63,867 nt of DNA, filler included, from Octopus bimaculoides (GCF_001194135.2; 5 parts of 5 records of this genome joined end to end with filler, not necessarily neighbours in it); one strand, 5' to 3'; positions 13,135-23,389 are shown, counted from the first letter of the whole stretch. Notes: generated by a model not told the origin, from the sequence alone. Program-made: numbers and translations.

Positions 13135-13434
13135 NNNNNNNNNNNNNNNNNNNNNNNNNNNNNNNNNNNNNNNNNNNNNNNNNNNNNNNNNNNNNNNNNN
13201 NNNNNNNNNNNNNNNNNNNNNNNNNNNNTATATATATATATATATTTGTATATATATACATACATATATACGATGGGCTTCTTTCAGTTTCCGCCTACCA
13301 AATCCACTCACAAGGCTTTGGTCCGCCCAAGACTATAGTAGAAGACAATTGCCCAAGGTGCCACGCAGTGGGACTGAACCCGCAACCATGTGGTTGGTAG
13401 GCAAGCTACTTACCACACAGCCACTCCTACGCCT
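12885..13434 (-). mobile_element. SINE family B, full-length tRNA-derived SINE with central microsatellite
   Basis: Minus-strand head GGCGTAGGAGTGGCTGTGTGGTAAGTAGC...GGGTTCAGTCCCAC, central (CA)/(TA) repeats, and tail GGCGGTGCTGGAGCATGGCCACAGTCAAATGACTGAAC. Confidence 0.9.
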
Positions 13435-13979
13435 TTAAAAATAAGTTGCTCTAAAGTAGAGAGCAATGCCCATATGTGTTAGAAAGATCGATTGATCTCT
13501 TCCGTCCTTGTCAAGGGGAGTGCTAACCGTCTCTCCTTTTTTGCAACACATAACATATATATATATCTATACGCACACGCACTCACACATACACAAGAGG
13601 CCCACCATCATAGCCTTAGCTGTGGTAGTTATAACACGTCTTATGGTCAATAAACTACATAGTGTCAATAACGTACATCTTATGATCAGTGAACTTACTC
13701 CTCTACCTCAGAGTTGAATAAATGTTTAATGAAACAATTTTAGTTCATATAGCGATTACATGCATAATACCCTGAAGGTCGGCTGTGGTTTACTCACACA
13801 CTCAACTGGAAGATACTCTCATTTTTAAGTGACACAGCTTAGTTCTATATGATTATTGATATAAAAGCCACTGTCAGAATTCTTGGCACGTAGTCACCCT
13901 TGTGACACAATATGGGTAGAGGTGACCCTTAACATCTTTTGGTCATGTGGGAATAATCCTGGTCTCAATGACTTCTGAA

Positions 13980-14200
13980 GATCATAAAGCTATATCGGAA
14001 TTTTCGCCCAATGTGGGAGGTGAAAGGATCACAATCAACGTTGATACTGCAGAGTAGGAGACCCAGTTACTACTCGTGTGGAAGCACAAGCTATCATTAA
14101 GCCTGGCTGAACGAAGGAAGGATAGCTATAGAGAAAAGAGGAAGATCATGAGTACCGGTATTCCCATAGCATTACTGGTATAGAGAAACAAAGGGAAAAC
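13980..14200 (+). pseudogene. Degenerate retroelement ORF1 zinc-knuckle region
   Basis: With frameshifts reads GGERITINV...E(G)RRPSYYSCGSTSYH*AW, resembling VEGRAPRCFKCGQKGHIRAYC of the intact ORF at 20160-21176. Confidence 0.4.
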
Positions 14201-14739
14201 CAAGGGAAACAAAGACAAACAAAATAAAGTCATCTTCAATGCCAACGACACCAAGGACTGACGAAGAGATGGGCTCATTCTCTATCTAACGCCCTAAGTG
14301 GCGGCATATCGAGATGGCTAAAGGGTTCCTACCCAATCCTAGGATCAAGTAGAAGCCCTGAGTGGCAGTACCACTCCATGATCTTGAGGCGTTGGGAAGA
14401 AGTGGAGCTTAGGGTGATATATAAGACTCAGTACACACGCGCATACCCTCACATTCACACTCATGTATTTTTTATATTTATGCGTGTGTGCATACGTGTG
14501 TTCTTTTATTCTTTTATTTGTTTCCAACTGCAGCTATTTTCGGACAAACCTGCAAGTGTTTTAATCAATCCATTCAAGTATTTACTTTAAAGTTTGGAAC
14601 TTTTCATCGCTTTTTTTGTCGAACCGCTAATTTACGAAACGTAAACAAAAATCACCACTTTTAAGCGTTATCAATTTGAAAAGATATCACACGCATATAC
14701 TCCATCATTCTGTTATCGGTTTTAGCAAAAGAGTAGTGG

Positions 14740-14950
14740 CCATGCTAGGGAACCACTATGTATGTTTGAGCGTGTGTATGTTGTGTGTGTGGTATCAGGT
14801 ACGGACTTTCGTCTCTCAATTTTCTCTCACAAGATATTGATCATGTCGAGGTTATAGTAGAAGTCACTTGACAAAGATGCCACACAGTAGGATCGAACTT
14901 AAACCACGTGGATTCGAATCGAACTTTCTTAACCACACAACCATGCTTAC
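14740..14950 (-). mobile_element. SINE family B, diverged head/body
   Basis: Reverse complement GGTTGTGTGGTTAAGAAAG...GTTCGATCCTACTGTGTGGCATCTTTGTCAAGTGACTTCTACTATAACCTCG matches the family. Confidence 0.7.
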
Positions 14951-15100
14951 ACCAAATAACAGGTTAATCCCACTGACAGCCAACCTTAAACTGTTACATT
15001 TAAAAAAAATTAATCTCCCAATCAGATTGAAATGCCTATTTGTTGAACTGTAAGATTGTATTATATGTACTCAGGTAATTTATTATTCAGTATTATCGCA

Positions 15101-15140
15101 ACTGTCTGACGAACAGTCGCGTGAAACTCTGAGTGACAAT
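15101..15140 (+). ncRNA. Minimal type I hammerhead ribozyme motif, probably inactive
   Basis: ACTGT-CTGACGA-AC(AGTCGC)GT-GAAA-CTC-T-GAGT-G-ACAAT: intact core, 2-bp stem II, palindromic stem III; cleavage triplet is GUG and stem I has one mismatch. Confidence 0.55.
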
Positions 15141-16219
15141 TTGTGAAGATATTCTTCAGCTTTAGCAAATGATATATTACTCTACCTTTGGCTTTCGAGT
15201 ATTATTTTTTCCACTTTGTTTGCATCAATGTGCTTACTTGTGTATATACATATACATTTTAGGGAACATACATTATAGTATCGTAAAGAAAAGTCTATGC
15301 TGTGGTTAGAGGTGCTCTTTAGATTTTTTAAGCTACCGAAGCTCACAAAATACTCATATTTTATATCCTCTGTATCTATCAGTCTGTCCGTATATTTATC
15401 TGTCTGTCTTCCTTTCTCTTTCCCTCTCTTCCAGTATTCACTACACCTATCCTTGGTATTTAAGACATTAAGGAGATTATAGTCTATCCCTAAATGCGTG
15501 GTGTAAGTGGTACAATTACACCTACAAAACTACAATACTATATTATATGACAGGGTTTGGCACGGTAGCACAGTGTAACTTGCACTCAATAATTATCATA
15601 AAATATAATTATCAAGAATGTCAAAATAAAGATATAAATTATGTTGTTGTTTTTTTACCAATTTCGGAGTAATTACTCTATGAAAATGATATCAACAAGT
15701 GGCATGATTTTCATGAAATGCCAGGCATAGTTTCTGATCATGGGGCTGAAGCAACTTTTGTCTGGCTATCATCTACAGTATGTAGTTCCACAGCCCTGAC
15801 GCTATATACGTCTTAGGGTGTTGCTGAATTAGATGAAGTCTATGTGGCTTAACAACAGTCTTCATTATCTCTTAAGGCATTTATTGTAAAGGAAGAGAAA
15901 GAGCTTAAACCTCTTACAGAGAGATGAAATTGTAGTTTCTCTATATTTAGGTGATATTTCAGCCAGCCAGTAAATTTGATCAAGGACATTAAATTTAGCC
16001 GGTATTTATATATACTTTACAGTTTAGAATTTTAAGTCTTTCAAAGGTAGAGTCATAAAATATTCAGCGCTGAAAATTGTTTGTAAGACCAGTAGGAAAC
16101 AAAAGATGATTAATGAAGACGTTAGTTTGGAGGTAATTATTCTAAATTCCACTTTCAACTCCCTCTTGGGCTTTTGGAGCTTGTGCACTAGGCTGCTGTT
16201 TCATTTACTGCTGCATAAG

Positions 16220-16830
16220 TAACGGTAGTAAACATTTCGATAATAAACCAACTTCATGCAACGTATCATACATTACCGCTAAGTTCAATGGAAATTCTTC
16301 TCACCAGAGTCTCTTCAACGAACCTTCATAAATTTTTCTGTCACTGCCATATCTTATAATCATCCTTCATTGTTTTTACTAAATAAATGCACACTGAAAC
16401 AGTTAAAAACGAGCGCTTGCTACTCACTTGGTACCCACCGAAATGGCCTATTCTAGTTGAGCGACACGTTCAAATAATTCTTTCGATTAAGAGGTGATCT
16501 ACCTTTATTAGAGTACCATTTATCCATAAATGTTTGTTAATTATTAATTCATGAACTTCTCTTACCAATTCTCCTACTGCACGTTCTAATTTGTTATTAA
16601 GACATTATCAAATGATCACATCTCGGTAATGTTTCCTGTTAAATGTTGCATCACCAGATTTGACACCAACCATTACACTTACTCCATCACTAGTAAATGC
16701 TATAAGGTTCTGTTTCAAGCAAGCGTTATTAAACACATGATGGATGCGACAGTTAAACAGAAGCTTAGTAACAGTTACACCTCTCTGATCAAGCCATTCA
16801 ATTAGGTTTATGCACATAAAATGATGCCGC
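16220..16830 (-). mobile_element. hAT-family transposase remnant (KIAA1586/ZNF862-like)
   Basis: LKQNLIAFTSDGVSVMVGVKSG (DG..VM.G motif), then DVII**CLNNKLERAVG (degenerate WHCLNHRLELAV) and further decayed similarity. Confidence 0.8.
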
Positions 16831-17213
16831 CTTCACATTTCAAATAAACTATTAAGGAGATCTTAATATTCAGATTTGCTGATTCCTCAAAGGGAACTGA
16901 AATATTTCCATTTATCTGTTTGACATACTGGGTGCTTTCCAATTTCATATTAATAATTGTGTTAATTATCACTGTATCAATAGTGCAAGAATGCTATCTA
17001 ATTCCAAATCAATGCCTTTTATCTTTTGAAATTTCAGGAAGCTAAACTGATCAGAGTGTGATCTGTTATTCTGAAATAAATAATATTAAGGACAAGAAAT
17101 TGACTTACCTTTAGGTGTGAAACATGTCATATCATTTTCAAAAAGCTCTATTTTCAACACTTACAGGAACCGTGTAGGCTTTTAATACCTTTTGGTAAGC
17201 ATTTTTTTTTCTC

Positions 17214-17390
17214 TAGGAGACTTCAACTGTCCACTTTCATCGGTTTCTTAATAAGATACTTGATCCATCAACTATTCGTTTGATCATAGGCTCGATCACT
17301 TTGAATTTTCAGCTAGTATTTATTTACACATGTACTCGTAAGTTTTATCATCCTTGATGCTTCAACAGAAATAAGTCTACTACCTATTTT
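17214..17390 (+). mobile_element. Possible APE-endonuclease remnant of a CR1/L2-type LINE
   Basis: LGDFNCP motif at ~17214, later TCTRK; stops present. Confidence 0.35.
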
Positions 17391-17494
17391 CTTCAGTGCA
17401 GATCGCTGAACATGGATACTGGCCTTATTTTGAAGCTACCATTACTTTGAGAGGCAGCAGTGAGACACGATTGGAAAATTTGAACTTGAATACA

Positions 17495-18640
17495 AAGTGG
17501 ACACAAGAAAGTAAATAAATATAATTTAAGACGAGGGACAAAAAGGAAATAAATAAGAAATGGGCAAAATATAACCTCAGGACCCAAAAGACAAGAATGA
17601 TGAGTAACGCTTGGCCCTGACGCTATATTTTGCTCGTTTCTTATTTATTTCGTCTTTATCCATCGGCTTGTATTACATTTATTCACTTTCGTACGTCCAC
17701 TCTGCATTGTTTTGTTTGCTTTCGGCCCCATATTCTCCACAACTTTCACGGGCACATCCAGCATGGCAAGTTATCAGTCTTATCATTAATGGTGCAAAAC
17801 TGAGAACTAAGATCTGGTTGATAACTGATGAAGAATTAGGGACCTTCTTTGTCTGTCTCCCGTCCAGTTGTACACTCAGTATACGTTCTTTACCTGTCGT
17901 TTGTTAATTTACAGTACATTTTTTCAGTTATTAAGTAACGGAATGAAACGCTCCCCGGCTTTTATTAACAGTAAGTTTTATATATCCATATAACTCTATT
18001 TCTAGTCTTCGCTCTTTCTCTTTCCTTTCTCTCTCTCCCCTCTTACTTTTATTGCTAGCCTTTTCTCTTTCTCATTTTTTCTCTCTCTCACCCTCTTACT
18101 GCTATTTCTAGCCTTTCTCCTTTCTCCCCTCTTCATCCTCTCCGTTATTTTTCTTCTGTCACACTCTCTCCCTCCCTCTCTCTTTCTCCTCTGCCTGTTG
18201 CTGACACATGACCCGTGGTCCGCCTTTCTTTCCCTTTTTCACACCGGTTGCGTAGCTGACTGGCCCTAAATTCTGTGTCCCACTGTCTTGCTATGTTAGT
18301 TGTTTTCTAATCCTTTACGATGCCTTCTAAGCGTTACCCACCATACTTGTCTTTTTGTTCTTTTTCGTCATTCTCCATCGTCTTAAATTATATTTATTCA
18401 CTTTCGTATGTCCACTCTGCATTGTTTTGTTTGCTCTCGGCCCCATATTCTCCGCAACTTTGGCGGGCACTGCCGGCATGGCAAGCTCTCACTCTTATCA
18501 TTAATGGTGCGAAATTAAGTAATACTATCTGGTTGATAAGTCTTAAAGAATTAAGGATCTTGTGTCTGTCTCCCGTCCGGGTGTACACTCAGTATAGGTT
18601 ATACGCTTTTTAACTGTCATTTACTAATTTACAAAATATT
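17495..18640. repeat. Composite repeat: direct ~300-bp copies (17612-17935, ~18330-18640) plus an inverted partial copy (17495-17585)
   Basis: Both direct copies share TTTATTCACTTTCGTA[C/T]GTCCACTCTGCATTGTTTTGTTTGCT[T/C]TCGGCCCCATATTCTCC. 17495-17585 is the reverse complement of the unit start. Confidence 0.8.
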
Positions 18641-18696
18641 TTCTCATTTATTATATATGTATACATACACACAGACACACACACATACACACACAC

Positions 18697-18731
<35 letters not shown>

Positions 18732-19548
18732 ATATNNNNNNNNNNNNNNNNNNNNNNNNNNNNNNNNNNNNNNNNNNNNNNNNNNNNNNNNNNNNNNNNN
18801 NNNNNNNNNNNNNNNNNNNNNNNNNNNNNNNNNNNNNNNNNNNNNNNNNNNNNNNNNNNNNNNNNNNNNNNNNNNNNNNNNNNNNNNNNNNNNNNNNNNN
18901 NNNNNNNNNNNNNNNNNNNNNNNNNNNNNNNNNNNNNNNNNNNNNNNNNNNNNNNNNNNNNNNNNNNNNNNNNNNNNNNNNNNNNNNNNNNNNNNNNNNN
19001 NNNNNNNNNNNNNNNNNNNNNNNNNNNNNNNNNNNNNNNNNNNNNNNNNNNNNNNNNNNNNNNNNNNNNNNNNNNNNNNNNNNNNNNNNNNNNNNNNNNN
19101 NNNNNNNNNNNNNNNNNNNNNNNNNNNNNNNNNNNNNNNNNNNNNNNNNNNNNNNNNNNNNNNNNNNNNNNNNNNNNNNNNNNNNNNNNNNNNNNNNNNN
19201 NNNNNNNNNNNNNNNNNNNNNNNNNNNNNNNNNNNNNNNNNNNNNNNNNNNNNNNNNNNNNNNNNNNNNNNNNNNNNNNNNNNNNNNNNNNNNNNNNNNN
19301 NNNNNNNNNNNNNNNNNNNNNNNNNNNNNNNNNNNNNNNNNNNNNNNNNNNNNNNNNNNNNNNNNNNNNNNNNNNNNNNNNNNNNNNNNNNNNNNNNNNN
19401 NNNNNNNNNNNNNNNNNNNNNNNNNNNNNNNNNNNNNNNNNNNNNNNNNNNNNNNNNNNNNNNNNNNNNNNNNNNNNNNNNNNNNNNNNNNNNNNNNNNN
19501 NNNNNNNNNNNNNNNNNNNNNNAAAAATAATAATAATAAAATACAAGC

Positions 19549-19753
19549 AACCATAATGACAGCACAGCTAAATGTGGCTCTGTTGTGGATTAAGTCTACG
19601 AAAAGATATTAGCAGCGTAGCCTGAAGGTAGAAGGAATTTTGTTTCTGGGCCCCAGAAACAAAATTCCTTCTACCTTCAGGCTACGCTGCTAATATCTTT
19701 TCGTAGACTTAATCCACAACAGAGCCACATTTAGCTGTGCTGTCATTATGGTT
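19549..19753. repeat. Perfect palindrome, 102-bp arms with a 1-nt centre
   Basis: 19549-19650 is the exact reverse complement of 19652-19753, checked base by base; centre at C19651. Confidence 0.97.
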
Positions 19754-19806
19754 TGACGAACCACTCTGATTCGCACATACGCCGTGCAGCGGGAAGCAAG
19801 CTTCTT

Positions 19807-21282
19807 TATTTCTTGTAATACACAGAGGTGGACACTACAACACATGTGAGAACATATAACGATTAAAAATATAAAAATAAAATATGATATAATGAATGAT
19901 AAATGAAAATGCACGGGAATAACAGATTAAAAATATGAAAACATGAATGATATCTGAAAATGATATTATGAAGAGTATGCTACTCACTCCACACTGAGCA
20001 ACACCACTCGCTGCCTCAGAGTCCCAAGTCCTTTTTTTCTTTCAGCCCAAACCTTTTTCCTCTTTCTCCATCACTTAATGACATCGTTCTCTCCTCCATG
20101 CATTCATAACCTTTTTCACCGGGAGTGGGTGTCTTCTAAATTTTGTGGTGTCTCTTTCCTTATCTTTTTTTTTCCTGTAGGGAAATGGGGTGGGTGGGTT
20201 TGGTGTCTGTATGGAGAGGGTGAGTCTGAGTGGTCTTGGGTGGGATGGAGTTAAACTGGGGTACCACATCATACTCAGTGTCTTTTCTTTTTCTCCTTCT
20301 GCTCTCTGTAGCTTTCCATTCTTCCTCCTTTTTCTCCTTTCCTCCGTCTGTCTTTTCTTCCTCTCTTTTCTCTTCCTCCACAACTGTATCCTCAGCCATT
20401 GTCCTCTGTACAGGGCAGTATGCTCTAATGTGGCCCTTTTGACCACATTTAAAACAACGTGGAGCTCTGCCCTCTACCCATACTCTCATTACTATTTCTC
20501 CCAACGTCACTGTCTCCGCCAAATTTTCTAGTTGTTTCGCCTCCGCTTGTATGATAATTTCCAATTTTTTCCCTTTAAATCCTCCTTCCTCCGTCTCTGT
20601 GGCTTGGAGGACAGCCACCGCCTCCTCACTTCCAACGAGGACGGCTGCTACTACCCAAGCCACTTCTATATCGGGTGGAATTCCTTCTACCCTCACCATA
20701 GAAGTCTTTCTTCCTAGGTACGTGGGTAGAAGTACTAGTTCTTCCGTTTTAACAGTTGTGCTCGCCAGCCTCTTCGCCTCCTCCGCTGTCCTAAACTGGA
20801 CAACCACCCTCCCATATCCATTTCCTTTTGCTATATACGTCACTTCCTTCGAAAGCCCCTTCAGGACTTTTTCTACTTTTTCCATCTCGATCCGCTCCAT
20901 TTTCCTGTTCTCTACTGCATACACCTTGTAGGTGATGGTCTTCTTTTCCATATTTACCATAACCCTTTTCGTGGGTAACAGCTTTACATCACCGCCCACC
21001 TTCTGTGTCATCTTACACAGCTCCTTCAGTTCGGTTAGGTTCACTTCCTTTTTCTTCGTCTCTGCAGCCTCAGCAAAACTCTTTACTCTTTTCAAATGCT
21101 CGTCCATTCTATTTACCGCCTTAACGAGCTCCTCCTCCGATGAGGACAGCTCACACTCGCTAAGGTCCGAATACATTCCTTTCCACCGGTACAACACTCA
21201 CCGACAAACCGCTGCCAAGCAGCTCAAAAAATTCCGTCCGTTTCGTCAAAAATCAACAGAGCGAATAGACCGGCGCATGCGC
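19807..21282 (-). mobile_element. ~1.48-kb ORF1-only non-LTR retroelement (HAL1/Tx1-like) bounded by 15-bp target-like repeats
   Basis: On minus: AAGAAGCTCGCTTCC (21297-21283), ~105-nt 5' UTR starting GCGCATGCGC, ORF1, ~350-nt T-rich 3' region, AATA, then AAGAAGCTTGCTTCC (19806-19792). No EN or RT motifs. Confidence 0.75.
20160..21176 (-). CDS. Retrotransposon ORF1/gag-like nucleic-acid-binding protein (RRM-like region plus CCHC zinc knuckle), 338 aa
   Basis: Uninterrupted frame from ATG 21176 (MYSDLSE...). GRVVVQFRTAEEAK and VRVEGIPPDI are RRM-like; VEGRAPRCFKCGQKGHIRAYC is a CX2CX4HX4C knuckle; charged C-terminal tail. Confidence 0.85.
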   Translation of the reverse strand: MYSDLSECELSSSEEELVKAVNRMDEHLKRVKSFAEAAETKKKEVNLTELKELCKMTQKVGGDVKLLPTKRVMVNMEKKTITYKVYAVENRKMERIEMEKVEKVLKGLSKEVTYIAKGNGYGRVVVQFRTAEEAKRLASTTVKTEELVLLPTYLGRKTSMVRVEGIPPDIEVAWVVAAVLVGSEEAVAVLQATETEEGGFKGKKLEIIIQAEAKQLENLAETVTLGEIVMRVWVEGRAPRCFKCGQKGHIRAYCPVQRTMAEDTVVEEEKREEEKTDGGKEKKEEEWKATESRRRKRKDTEYDVVPQFNSIPPKTTQTHPLHTDTKPTHPISLQEKKR

Positions 21283-21297
21283 GGAAGCGAGCTTCTT

Positions 21298-21696
21298 TAT
21301 TTTATTTAGATTAGCCACAAGGGCTGTACATAAAATGGGAAGACGCCTGGGCTGGACAAGTACATTAATGAAAAATGAAGAAAAGAAATGGATGAAAGAA
21401 AATGAGAGGGGCACCAGCGCCCAACGACTGGCAACCNNNNNNNNNNNNNNNNNNNNNNNNNNNNNNNNNNNNNNNNNNNNNNNNNNNNNNNNNNNNNNNN
21501 NNNNNNNNNNNNNNNNNNNNNNNNNNNNNNNNNNNNNNNNNNNNNNNNNNNNNNNNNNNNNNNNNNNNNNNNNNNNNNNNNNNNNNNNNNNNNNNNNNNN
21601 NNNNNNNNNNNGTTAATCAATTCGCCCCGTCACAGCTCCTAAGCAATTTACTTGCTGCCTGTGGAGTCTGTGGCGAGGCAGGTAAAATTATTCTTC
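21298..21696 (-). mobile_element. Second inserted element of the array, gapped; different 3' UTR but same terminal target motif
   Basis: Begins right after the SINE-head motif at 21697 and ends ...TGTACAGCCCTTGTGGCTAATCTAAATAAAATA followed by AAGAAGCTCGCTTCC. Interior 21437-21610 is N. Confidence 0.6.
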
Positions 21697-21734
21697 GGAA
21701 GCGAGCTTCTTACCACACAGCTACGCCTGCGCCT
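21697..21734 (-). mobile_element. SINE family B head, truncated exactly after ...GGTAAGAAGCTCGCTTCC
   Basis: AGGCGCAGGCGTAGCTGTGTGGTAAGAAGCTCGCTTCC matches the heads at 63649 and 13434 but lacks the usual CAACCACATGG continuation. Confidence 0.85.
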
Positions 21735-21741
21735 ATAAAAG

Positions 21742-22015
21742 GAGCACTCCGTCGGTTACGACGACGAAGATCCCAGTTGATTCTATCAACGGAACAGCCT
21801 GCTCGTAAAATTAACGTGCAAGTTGTTGAGCACTGCACAGACACGTGTATCCTTAATTCAGCGTGAGATAGAGTGTGACAAGGCTGGTCATTTGAAATAC
21901 AGCTACAACTCATTTTTGCCCGCTGAGTGGCCTGAAGCAACGTGAAATAAAGTGTCTTGCTCAAAGACACAACGCGTGAGCCGAATATCCCAACCACTAA
22001 GCCACGCTCTTTCAC
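21742..22015 (-). mobile_element. SINE family A, head partly deleted
   Basis: Minus GTGGCTTAGTGGTT A-box, GTGTCTTTGAGCAAGACACTT core, and a 3' module CAGCCTTGTCACACT...CACTTGCACGTTAATTT..CGAGCAGG shared with 57481-57810. Confidence 0.8.
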
Positions 22016-22561
22016 ATACACCCCCCTCACACACAGGCACGCACACGCACAGACACAGACACAGACACACACGCACACACACGCACACACGCACGCACGC
22101 ACACACACACACGCGCGCACATATATATATATATATATGCATAAATTCAGTAATACATGTTTATCCCACATATCCTTGCAAACATATAACAACATAACTA
22201 TCTGTAGACGCGCACATGATTTAATAGATTTGTGTGAAACATTCTTTGAAGATTTCGACATGTACGTGTATTAAAAGTATTGCTGTACACGTGAGTGATT
22301 ATGACTACGTGTGTGTATGCTTCTTTGTGAGTATGCGTGTATATGTTCGTATGTGATTGTGTGTGGTGAGTTGGATCGTAGGATGTTCTTTTATTGGTGT
22401 TGTTCTTGTTTATGAAGCATTTATGAAGCTCTACTTATAATGGTTTGATTTAATGAAGTGTGAACGTCAACGTCGCATCGGAAAAGTTAGTGTAGGAGAA
22501 AATATGAGTTGTTATATACATACATATATACATACAGACATACATACGTACATACACACAC

Positions 22562-22598
<37 letters not shown>

Positions 22599-23204
22599 NN
22601 NNNNNNNNNNNNNNNNNNNNNNNNNNNNNNNNNNNNNNNNNNNNNNNNNNNNNNNNNNNNNNNNNNNNNNNNNNNNNNNNNNNNNNNNNNNNNNNNNNNN
22701 NNNNNNNNNNNNNNNNNNNNNNNNNNNNNNNNNNNNNNNNNNNNNNNNNNNNNNNNNNNNNNNNNNNNNNNNNNNNNNNNNNNNNNNNNNNNNNNNNNNN
22801 NNNNNNNNNNNNNNNNNNNNNNNNNNNNNNNNNNNNNNNNNNNNNNNNNNNNNNNNNNNNNNNNNNNNNTATATATATATATATATATATATGTATATAC
22901 ATACATATATATATGTACATATGTTTATATAGATATGTATACACGCATGCATATACGTGTGTGTGTGTATGTGTGTGTATTTGTGAATTTATTACGTACA
23001 TATCGACAGCGTAGACCAGCCAGTCAATTTTAATATGGTTGATACTACTTTAGCCGAGATGTTGCTGTGTCAAAGTAATGTTTTCTGTGATGGTGGAATA
23101 AACTGGTGAAATGAGGGGAAAAAGAAAGAAACAGGAGTAGGGTGATGGGAAGCTGATGTATTAATAGTCTGGTGATGATACGATATATAGGTAAATGTAC
23201 TAGA

Positions 23205-23232
23205 TTGATCGATAGATAGATAGATAGATAGG

Positions 23233-23298
<66 letters not shown>

Positions 23299-23352
23299 CA
23301 TACATACATACATACATACAAACATACATACATACATACAAACATACATACA
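23205..23352. repeat. Compound (GATA)n(GA)n(TACA)n microsatellite
   Basis: Direct reading of the sequence. Confidence 0.95.
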
Positions 23353-23389
23353 TGAACGCGAATGTCGTTAGAAAAATACAAGAGAAAGA

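Noticed and set aside
20075-20446. Overlapping minus ORF (123 aa) as ORF2 of the retroelement
   Set aside because: No APE, RT or RLE motifs; it is an alternate frame of the purine-rich ORF1 tail.
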